Sequence record: NC_010106.1
Length of the DNA stretch: 52,975 nt
Origin: Escherichia phage phiEcoM-GJ1
Direction: 5' to 3' (one strand)
In this document: piece by piece, positions 45,537-52,975 of the stretch
Layout of the letters: each line of letters begins with the position of its first letter
Numbering within the stretch: the stretch's first letter is position 1
The notes under the pieces: generated by a model
Told to the model about the DNA's origin: nothing
The model's database searches: none
The model's input: the letters and a program-made list of their open reading frames with translations, nothing else
Position numbers and translations under genes: made by a program

Positions 45537-46669
45537 CAGAGAACGGTTTTGTTCGTAAACCTGTAGCCGATGTTGTATCAAATCTTAATAACAAATTCAT
45601 TGCTGCATTTGGTTCCAACTTTGATATTAGTCCTGAGTCACCTGACGGACAATACATTGGAATTATGGCAGATGAAATTGCATCGTGTTGGGAACAGGCT
45701 GAGCAGGTATTTAACTCTTACCGTCCAGGTGCTGTATCCGGCATTGGCCTTGATAACGTATGCGAACTGACGAACACTGTTCGATATGTTGACAAGCCTT
45801 CTCAAGCAACTGTCTTGTGTGCTGGTGATATGGGAACTGTTGTTCCTGCTGGCTCTGTCGTAACAGATGGAACCATGCGCTTCACCCTCGACACAGACGT
45901 AACACTACCAGGTGATGTAACTGTTATTGCAGAAGAAGTTGGTGAATACTATATTGCACCAAACACAATCAATCAAATTGTGACTCCTGTTGCCGGTTGG
46001 ACTTCTGTCAATAACGAAACGATTGGTGAGACAGGTATTAACTATGAACCAGACCCACAACTTCGAGCACGTCGAGAAAAGACCACGGCAGTCAGTAGCA
46101 CAGCCACGGTCGAAGCCATCTATGCTTCACTCGCTGACCTCGATATTGATTACATTCGTGTTCGTGATAATGATACCGGCTCTCCTATTGGCAGCCAGCC
46201 TTCTGGGACTATCTTTGTTGTAGTTGATGGTGGCACCAGTAACGATATTGCTCGACGCATTTATAATGCTAAGACTGGCGGTGTTCCAACTCACGGCGAT
46301 ATTGAGATTACTGTGTCTGACTCGAAGGGTTATCCACACGCTATCCACTTTAGCCGACCAACTTACACAGACATTTATGTCAAAGGTACGTTCCGTCGTC
46401 GTGCAAATGCCAACGTAAGTTCGAATGATGCTATTCGCCAGTTGACAGAAGCAACTGTTAACTACCTAAACTCCCTGCAACCAGGTCAGAGTGTTGTGTG
46501 GTCAAACATGTTTGCTCCAATCATGGCTGCAACACAGTCGCTTGAAATTGATTCATTGTTCATTGGCGTTGCTCCAAACCCAACTGGCATAACGACAATT
46601 GATTTGGACATTGACAAGCGTGCCCGTGGTGTTGCTGCTAATATCTCTTACTCTGACATAACGGTGTAA
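45512..46669 (+). CDS. baseplate J-like protein (putative)
   Basis: 385-aa ORF at the position and size of baseplate J. Confidence 0.5.
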   Translation: MATIQYGVTENGFVRKPVADVVSNLNNKFIAAFGSNFDISPESPDGQYIGIMADEIASCWEQAEQVFNSYRPGAVSGIGLDNVCELTNTVRYVDKPSQATVLCAGDMGTVVPAGSVVTDGTMRFTLDTDVTLPGDVTVIAEEVGEYYIAPNTINQIVTPVAGWTSVNNETIGETGINYEPDPQLRARREKTTAVSSTATVEAIYASLADLDIDYIRVRDNDTGSPIGSQPSGTIFVVVDGGTSNDIARRIYNAKTGGVPTHGDIEITVSDSKGYPHAIHFSRPTYTDIYVKGTFRRRANANVSSNDAIRQLTEATVNYLNSLQPGQSVVWSNMFAPIMAATQSLEIDSLFIGVAPNPTGITTIDLDIDKRARGVAANISYSDITV

Positions 46670-46670
46670 C

Positions 46671-47312
46671 ATGGCTGGTAAACATGGCTTAGACATGCTG
46701 CTTTCGCAGTATGCACTCTCACCAAACTTCCGCAAATATATTTCAATCTTCTTGGAAGAGTTTGCAGAAGTTAAGAAGGCCATGACCGACTCAGTTAAGT
46801 ACAGATACCTTGCAGATTCATTTGGCATCATGGTTGACGACCTTGCATATATTGTAGGGGCTTCTCGTACAATCTTTGGTGCCGCAGATCTTGGATACTT
46901 TGGCTTCTACGCCAACCCAGGTGCTTATCCTGCTGGCGATGATAATGACCCAGATGTTGGTGGTATTCTGAAATCAGATTACGACAGAGACTCTGGTGAC
47001 TTTGTTCGAACAGATGCGCAGTTGAAGAACGCAATACGCGCTCGAATCATTAAGATAACTGGCAACTGTACTATCGAACAGCTTATCATGTACATTGAGT
47101 TAGTTGTTGGCAGAGAACTAAAACTTCAAATCATTGAAGGGTTCCAGACAATGGACTACGTTGTTCATGAAAGATTGTCTGTGGCTGAGAAGGTTCTCAT
47201 GGCATACATGCTCCCGAACTTTAAACCTGTTGGAATTAAGATTACCCTCGCAGATACTGGAGGCAACATTGCTCTGGTTTATGGTTCTAAAGATTATCCT
47301 CCGGAGAAATAA
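46671..47312 (+). CDS. baseplate/tail-fibre-attachment protein (gpI-like, putative)
   Basis: 213-aa ORF between the J-like and fibre genes. Confidence 0.45.
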   Translation: MAGKHGLDMLLSQYALSPNFRKYISIFLEEFAEVKKAMTDSVKYRYLADSFGIMVDDLAYIVGASRTIFGAADLGYFGFYANPGAYPAGDDNDPDVGGILKSDYDRDSGDFVRTDAQLKNAIRARIIKITGNCTIEQLIMYIELVVGRELKLQIIEGFQTMDYVVHERLSVAEKVLMAYMLPNFKPVGIKITLADTGGNIALVYGSKDYPPEK

Positions 47313-48460
47313 TGACTCAACGTCTTAAGTTTAAATTTCCTTGGGCGCAAGACGGTGAAGTTGCAGACCCGGACTTGGATACCACTGCGCCAAGTTTTAT
47401 TGCAAACAGATATGCCGACTTAGGTTGGGAGGTTGAGAAGCCACCTAACGAGTGGCAGAACTTCTTATCTCAAATTAGTGATTTGAAGATTATCTCCCTT
47501 CTGTTTGGTGGCATTGCTGAGTTTGATTCAAGTGTGACTTATCAGGTTGGTGCAGTCTCTTCACTGAATGGTGTTGTTCGTATTAATACTTCCACGGGTT
47601 GGGAAGAGATAATGGACCTCAAGCAGGTTGACTATCTTAACGACGTTAGCAACTTGAGGTCTATCTATGATAACCACTTGGCTGCAACCAACCCGCACAA
47701 AGAAACTGTAGACACAATCACAGACAAAACTTATAACAAGTTTGCGATAGATAGTAGTTTTGGAAGTGCCACAGACCCAAGAACTATCGTGTACCACAAA
47801 CTACAGATGGGCCGTGTTCACCAAGAAACTCCCGAACAACTTGGAACACTTCCAACATCTGGTGGTAAGTTTACTGGTCCAGTGTCGCTGCTTGGTGGAA
47901 TGAAGTTTGGAACAAACATCACAATTCGACTGAACCCAGGAAATGGGAGAATTGAGATGCGTGCAGGTAATAGGATTCTGTCTATTGATGCACTTGGCAA
48001 TGTTCTGTGGAGCATAGTTGGTGGTGAAGAATATCCAGTAATGACGGAATTGAACTACTCAGAATTCCAGATTCGTTGGGGAAACAGGTTCGCACTACCG
48101 CAACCATACCTCGATATGAACATGAAAACATCTATCAACGATGCTATGTCGGTTCGTGGGTGGACTATTAGTACGTCGGATGCTCCAGTATTTAACCCCA
48201 AAGGTGGGATTAAAGTTGATGACAACACAATAACCTTTGAAGGTTTTGATGTTAACTGCCCAACATCAATCGTCATGTATGGAAGAGATGCTGCTGGAAA
48301 TCTTATTACAGCAAAGTCCGTAATGGCTCCATCTGCCGGATACACTTCAATGGCGACCCTGTTGACAAACATGGGATTCACTTCTGCCGTTTGGGTTGAA
48401 AGAATTACTTGCTACCCAACTCTTACCGCATATCAACAAACAATGTTAGTGAGGCCATAA
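47312..48460 (+). CDS. tail fibre protein (putative)
   Basis: 382-aa ORF with GGAG RBS downstream of the baseplate genes. Confidence 0.5.
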   Translation: MTQRLKFKFPWAQDGEVADPDLDTTAPSFIANRYADLGWEVEKPPNEWQNFLSQISDLKIISLLFGGIAEFDSSVTYQVGAVSSLNGVVRINTSTGWEEIMDLKQVDYLNDVSNLRSIYDNHLAATNPHKETVDTITDKTYNKFAIDSSFGSATDPRTIVYHKLQMGRVHQETPEQLGTLPTSGGKFTGPVSLLGGMKFGTNITIRLNPGNGRIEMRAGNRILSIDALGNVLWSIVGGEEYPVMTELNYSEFQIRWGNRFALPQPYLDMNMKTSINDAMSVRGWTISTSDAPVFNPKGGIKVDDNTITFEGFDVNCPTSIVMYGRDAAGNLITAKSVMAPSAGYTSMATLLTNMGFTSAVWVERITCYPTLTAYQQTMLVRP

Positions 48461-49857
48461 TGGCGATTCGTCCTAAACTGAACCGAGTCTGGACTTCAAA
48501 CAACTCTGTCGCAAGACGTGACCCAGGTGATGCGAAATATCTCCAGGGTTGGGTTGCAGAGATTCCAACTTACCAGGTTCTTAACTACCTACAATATAAG
48601 ATTGACACCACAATGCTTGCCCAAGCGGAGCGGGGAATCTTTGAGTGGGGTGATGATGTAAGTTATGGCGTTGGTAGTTTGGCTTGGGACGAAACAAACA
48701 AAACGATTTATGTTTGTACTGCAACCAACCCAAGTAAAACCTTACGCCCAAGTGCCAACTCTGCACAGTGGAGTCCAAGCTCCATCCAAGTTTCTCGTGC
48801 AAATTACGACTCAATTGTTGCAGCAATCAATGCACATATTTCAGACGTAACTACAAACCCACACCGAGTAACTGCTGCACAAATTGGTGCATATAACAAA
48901 GCAGAGCTGAATGCAATTGTTGCAAACTATCGTGCAATGGTTTTAGCACACACCACAGATTACAACAACCCACACCAACTCACTGCAACTCAGGTTGGTG
49001 CTGTTCCTGTAACTGGTGGTGCATACACTGGTGAAGTTACTTTCACAACCGTGTATCTGAATGATTCCAAGACTGCCCAGATTGTTAATGACGGTGGTCT
49101 GTATCTTCGCAATGGTAGCTACTATCTTGGAATCAGCGGGACCACAGGAAATCCAGAGGCAGGAACTGCTGCAAGCAAGTCCCGGATAGTCACAGAACTC
49201 ACCTTCCCAGACTTGAAAGCTGCACAAGAGGCTGAATATGCGGTAGAAGCGCCAGACTATGAAATGGCACTAATAGGTTCTGTAAACATACTTCGTGGCA
49301 CAGGAACATTCAGTACCGGAAGCTCCGAGCCTATGTACTTGGCATCATCTGGTGATGCCCTAACATTCGACAGCTCACCAACCAGCCCATCACAATCATT
49401 CAACGCCTCTTCACAACTTCCTGCTGGCTCGAGTATGACGGTCTGTGCCGATGTTATGAGGGTGTCACAGTCTGATACAAGTGATGGCAACTGGCAGCTA
49501 AGTTTCGGCACCGCAGATTTCAATATCACCATTGGGTACAATGGGTATACGACCATTAGGTACAGGAACCTCGCAGGAAATATTGCTACAATATTGCAGG
49601 GTGTAATCTCTCAAGATTTGAAAACTGTAGGTGTGTGGAACAGGGTGTCGGCAACACTTTCTGGAAGCACTATGAAGGTGTTTGTAAACGGTGCACTGCT
49701 ATTCTCCATAGAGCAAGAAGTGGGTGTTGCAGTGGGGAGAGCGCCATTTATAACTAAATGGGCTATGGTTGGGGCTACCACAAACTCTAGAATGTCTATT
49801 AGGTCTTTTAGGTTGTGGAACTCGGCACTAACAGATAAACAGATTTCAACTTTATAG
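48460..49857 (+). CDS. tail fibre/receptor-binding protein with C-terminal lectin-like (LamG/concanavalin-like) region
   Basis: Start ATG 48460 after GAGG; the C-terminal ~200 aa are a beta-sandwich-type Ser/Thr/Gly-rich sequence ending ...RSFRLWNSALTDKQIS. Confidence 0.5.
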   Translation: MAIRPKLNRVWTSNNSVARRDPGDAKYLQGWVAEIPTYQVLNYLQYKIDTTMLAQAERGIFEWGDDVSYGVGSLAWDETNKTIYVCTATNPSKTLRPSANSAQWSPSSIQVSRANYDSIVAAINAHISDVTTNPHRVTAAQIGAYNKAELNAIVANYRAMVLAHTTDYNNPHQLTATQVGAVPVTGGAYTGEVTFTTVYLNDSKTAQIVNDGGLYLRNGSYYLGISGTTGNPEAGTAASKSRIVTELTFPDLKAAQEAEYAVEAPDYEMALIGSVNILRGTGTFSTGSSEPMYLASSGDALTFDSSPTSPSQSFNASSQLPAGSSMTVCADVMRVSQSDTSDGNWQLSFGTADFNITIGYNGYTTIRYRNLAGNIATILQGVISQDLKTVGVWNRVSATLSGSTMKVFVNGALLFSIEQEVGVAVGRAPFITKWAMVGATTNSRMSIRSFRLWNSALTDKQISTL

Positions 49858-49865
49858 GATTCAAA

Positions 49866-50936
49866 ATGGCTAAAGGTTATTCTTTAGATGCGTTGGTGAA
49901 TGAGCACTACATAAAGTCTCGTACCGGCCTGGGTAATATAAGTATAGACACTATCACGGGAATGGATAGTGTTGGAGTATATTACCAATCACGCAACGAT
50001 TATGCCACCCTTGCAAATAAATATCCTCCAGGTGCTAATGCAGGTACTCTTGAAGTGTTGCCCCATAATGCCAACGTTGGCAGGGTAATGCAACGTTATA
50101 CAAACTTTAGTAATAAGCGTATGTGGGTGAGAAGTCAGAATGGCACGGTATCGGATGCTAACTTTGACGAGTGGACTGAGTTCGTTAACATGAACAACAT
50201 CTACAACGCAATCTATCCGATTGGCATTGTCGTCAAGTTTGACAACGCCACCAACCCGAACAACAACTTCACCGGAACTGTGTGGGAACAAATCATTGAT
50301 GGTCGTGTTGCCCGTGCTGCAACTGGTCCGGAAGCTGGGACGGCTGATGGTCAGATTGGTTCAATAGCTGGGTCCGATACAGCCAACATTGCTGTAACCA
50401 ACCTACCAGGCCACACACACGGGATGCAGAACCACACCCACGGCATCGCATCCCACTCCCACACAATGGCCCACACCCACACCATCAACCACGACCACGG
50501 TGCGGTAACATCTAGCTCTTCTGGTGCTCACACGCACAGCGTTAGTGGCACTGCCGCCTCTGCTGGTGCTCACCAACATACAGAAGGCTCTCCATTTACA
50601 GGAGATGTCAACTTTGGCACTACCACAAGCACCAGCAAGGACAACATATCTGATTGGCTCTACAGCCCGTCTACCAGGTATCCGCTAACTTCGTCCTCTG
50701 GTGCACACACCCACTCTGTGAGTGGTACAGCCGCCTCTGCTGGTGCTCATACTCACTCTGTTGACTTACCTAACTTCACAGGTACAAGTGGAGGCTCCAG
50801 CACAGGTAACACAGGCGGTACGGCACTGACTACTGGTGGTCCTAGCAACAACACTACTACCTCAACTGGTGACGGCACAGCGTTCGATGTTCGCAACGCC
50901 TCACATTACTATGCCTTCTGGAAACGGGTGGCTTAA
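49866..50936 (+). CDS. tail fibre protein with His-box (HxH) repeats
   Basis: GHTHGMQNHTHGIASHSHTMAHTHTINHDHG plus two copies of SSSGAHTHSVSGTAASAGAH; HxH boxes are typical of phage fibre proteins. Confidence 0.6.
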   Translation: MAKGYSLDALVNEHYIKSRTGLGNISIDTITGMDSVGVYYQSRNDYATLANKYPPGANAGTLEVLPHNANVGRVMQRYTNFSNKRMWVRSQNGTVSDANFDEWTEFVNMNNIYNAIYPIGIVVKFDNATNPNNNFTGTVWEQIIDGRVARAATGPEAGTADGQIGSIAGSDTANIAVTNLPGHTHGMQNHTHGIASHSHTMAHTHTINHDHGAVTSSSSGAHTHSVSGTAASAGAHQHTEGSPFTGDVNFGTTTSTSKDNISDWLYSPSTRYPLTSSSGAHTHSVSGTAASAGAHTHSVDLPNFTGTSGGSSTGNTGGTALTTGGPSNNTTTSTGDGTAFDVRNASHYYAFWKRVA

Positions 50937-50943
50937 GGAAATC

Positions 50944-51285
50944 ATGGAACGCTTATCCATTCAGATGTTTCTGGACCTAATGCACCAATATGGCGTTTGG
51001 CATGGATTGCTGGCTGGCCTGACGGCTTTAATCCGTGGGGCATATGAGAGTGAGGGTTTAAGCAAGGCGTTGCTGGATGCGACGCTATGCAGCTTAATCG
51101 GCTTGTTTGCATTTCAGGTCGCTGGCACATTTGAGACTTTCACGACTAACGTCACTATGCAGTTGGTTCTGGCTATCGTGATTGGTGTCATCGGTGCTAA
51201 CCTCATTATCACAACTGTCAGGGAAAGTTTCTCTGGCGCAATCAAACAACTTAATCCTTTGACGTGGTTCAAGAAGGCACGATGA
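50944..51285 (+). CDS. holin (class I-like, 3 predicted TM segments)
   Basis: 114 aa; hydrophobic segments GVWHGLLAGLTALIRGA, LLDATLCSLIGLFAFQVAG, VTMQLVLAIVIGVIGANLIIT and a basic C-terminus; AAGGAA RBS; immediately upstream of the lysin. Confidence 0.6.
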   Translation: MERLSIQMFLDLMHQYGVWHGLLAGLTALIRGAYESEGLSKALLDATLCSLIGLFAFQVAGTFETFTTNVTMQLVLAIVIGVIGANLIITTVRESFSGAIKQLNPLTWFKKAR

Positions 51286-51302
51286 AATGATAAGGAACTC
51301 GA

Positions 51303-51857
51303 ATGCTATCATTCAAAGTCCTTGCACTTCTGGCAGCTTTAGTTCACATCAACGCCCCAGCTTCGGTTGGGGCAGTGAACACTGCTATTATAGATTTTGC
51401 AAGTCATTCTTATTTAAATGGAAGTCTAAAACTATCTTCTTCACAACGCAAAGAGCTAGAATGCTACGCTAAAGTTATCTGGTATGAAGCTCGCGGAGAA
51501 GACAAACATGGAAAGATTCTGGTAGCTAATGTCGTCCGTAATAGAACAGAGTTCGGGAAGCCATTCGCTAACACCGTTTGTAATGTTGTCTATCAACGCA
51601 ATCAATTTGCATGGACACGAGAAGCAAAGAAGAAGAATGCTCAATGGAAGCATGTAGCAAAGGTTAATTATGCCACAGAACAACAACAAGTTCTGGACAC
51701 GATTAATGTTGCAATCTCTTTTGTATTATTTAATCAACCCTCTGTCACCAAAGCAACTCACTTTTGCACAGCATCGGAGAAGTGTAACTTCAAGAATGTC
51801 AAAGGATTGGGACGTTATGGTGGCCATAAATTCTATGAGTATCTAGGAAATCTGTAA
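51303..51857 (+). CDS. SleB-like cell-wall hydrolase (endolysin) with N-terminal signal or signal-anchor sequence
   Basis: N-terminus [24 protein letters not shown]; catalytic domain resembles the SleB/Hydrolase_2 family ([11 protein letters not shown]...VVRNRTEF...QFAWT). Confidence 0.7.
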   Translation: MLSFKVLALLAALVHINAPASVGAVNTAIIDFASHSYLNGSLKLSSSQRKELECYAKVIWYEARGEDKHGKILVANVVRNRTEFGKPFANTVCNVVYQRNQFAWTREAKKKNAQWKHVAKVNYATEQQQVLDTINVAISFVLFNQPSVTKATHFCTASEKCNFKNVKGLGRYGGHKFYEYLGNL

Positions 51858-52975
51858 TGGCTTACACTACCTTTTCACAAACCAAGAATAACCAATTACT
51901 AGAGCCAATGTTCTTTGGTCAGAACGTTAACGTTGCTCGATATGACCAACAGAAGTACGGCATATTCGAGAAGTTAATTGAGAAACAATTGTCATTCTTC
52001 TGGCGACCGGAAGAGGTAGACGTTTCCCAGGACCGTATTGATTATCAGAAGCTACCTGCAAACGAACAACACATTTTCACCAGTAATCTTCGTTATCAGA
52101 TTCTTCTTGACTCAATTCAGGGACGTGGGCCCAACACAGTTTTGCTTCCAATCGTGAGCATTCCTGAATTGGAGACGTGGATTGAAACCTGGTCTTTCTC
52201 CGAGACTATTCATTCACGTTCTTATACCCACATCATTCGTAATATTGTTACAGACCCAAGCATTATCTTTGATGAAATCGTAACTAACGAACACATCAAG
52301 GCACGAGCAATTGGCATCTCCCAATATTATGACGAACTCCAGCAACTCACTGCATTATGGCAGTTGTTCGGAGAAGGGAGCCATGCTGGTCATGAAATTA
52401 GTCTGCGTGAGTTGAAGAAGAAGCTGTATTTATGCCTCATGTCTATCAATGCATTGGAAGCAATTCGCTTCTATGTCAGCTTTGCTTGCTCATTTGCCTT
52501 CGCAGAACGTAAGTTAATGGAAGGAAATGCCAAGATTATTCGCTTAATTGCACGAGATGAAGCACTTCATTTGACAGGAACTCAGCACATGCTGAACCTT
52601 CTTGCAAGTGGAAAAGATGACCCAGAAATGGGTGAAATTGCTGCTGAATGCCGCCAAGAATGCCAGAAATTGTTCGAAGATGCTGCTCAACAAGAGAAGG
52701 ATTGGGCCGATTATTTGTTCAAAGATGGCTCTATGATTGGCTTAAACAAGCAAATTCTATGCGGATATGTGGAATATATCACGAATATTCGTATGCAAGC
52801 AGTTGGATTAGATGCTCCATTCAAAGGTGCAACTAACCCGATTCCGTGGATTAATGCATGGTTGAATTCGGATGCTGTACAGGTTGCTCCACAGGAAACG
52901 GAGATTAGTTCCTACCTGGTCGGGCAAATTGACTCCGAAGTTGATACCAATGCGCTCGGTGGATTCGAGTTGTAA
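51857..52975 (+). CDS. nrdB: ribonucleotide reductase class Ia beta subunit
   Basis: 372 aa, alignable end to end with E. coli NrdB as recalled ([11 protein letters not shown]...[11 protein letters not shown]...[21 protein letters not shown]...[22 protein letters not shown]), but with AT-richer codon choice than a host chromosomal gene. Confidence 0.9.
   Translation: MAYTTFSQTKNNQLLEPMFFGQNVNVARYDQQKYGIFEKLIEKQLSFFWRPEEVDVSQDRIDYQKLPANEQHIFTSNLRYQILLDSIQGRGPNTVLLPIVSIPELETWIETWSFSETIHSRSYTHIIRNIVTDPSIIFDEIVTNEHIKARAIGISQYYDELQQLTALWQLFGEGSHAGHEISLRELKKKLYLCLMSINALEAIRFYVSFACSFAFAERKLMEGNAKIIRLIARDEALHLTGTQHMLNLLASGKDDPEMGEIAAECRQECQKLFEDAAQQEKDWADYLFKDGSMIGLNKQILCGYVEYITNIRMQAVGLDAPFKGATNPIPWINAWLNSDAVQVAPQETEISSYLVGQIDSEVDTNALGGFEL

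Noticed and set aside
900-51689. All minus-strand ORFs in the six-frame track (60-219 aa)
   Set aside because: Every one lies antisense inside a well-supported + strand gene or inside an ORF-poor region, and none has a convincing RBS or recognisable motif; the genome appears entirely co-directional.
51857-52975. nrdB as a sign that the right end of the window is host chromosome (prophage junction)
   Set aside because: Codon usage is AT-richer than a chromosomal E. coli gene would be, it is co-oriented and tightly packed after the phage lysis genes, and no integrase or attachment site is present; interpreted as a phage-borne gene.
1-52975. Lysogeny module (integrase, repressor, attP)
   Set aside because: No tyrosine or serine recombinase-like ORF and no repressor/Cro-like pair recognised; the tRNA-like element is therefore not interpreted as an attachment site.

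Overview
The window reads as a complete or near-complete genome of a virulent tailed phage of an enterobacterial host, with about 75 genes, all on the + strand, and no integrase or repressor module. Layout: (i) 1-16 kb early region with a compact T7-like single-subunit RNA polymerase, many small ORFs, an ArdA-like anti-restriction candidate, an M15 peptidase, a small protein ending in the bacterial SSB tail motif, and two ORF-poor repeat-rich stretches (2.85-3.95 kb and 13.56-16.03 kb), the second containing a non-canonical tRNA-like element; (ii) 16-27 kb nucleotide-metabolism and replication module (ThyX-like, T7 gp4-like primase-helicase, family A DNA polymerase, 5'-3' exonuclease, ligase, dNMP kinase, dUTPase) interrupted by five HNH-type endonuclease genes; (iii) 27.5-34 kb packaging and head genes; (iv) 35.7-50.9 kb contractile-tail module (sheath, tube, frameshifted chaperone, a 1242-aa multidomain protein at the tape-measure position, baseplate, fibres); (v) holin, signal-peptide SleB-like lysin and a host-like nrdB at the right end. 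A myovirus-type tail combined with a T7-like RNA polymerase is reminiscent, from memory only, of phiEcoM-GJ1-type E. coli phages; this was not checked by any search. The most unusual items are the tape-measure-position protein carrying a lambda-exonuclease/YqaJ-like nuclease domain plus a lytic transglycosylase domain, a small protein ending in DFDSDIPF, a predicted -1 frameshift adding an Ig-like domain to a capsid-associated protein, and a dUTPase with a tail-fibre-like His-box extension. All calls come from reading ORFs, motifs and repeats by eye; gene starts are approximate.
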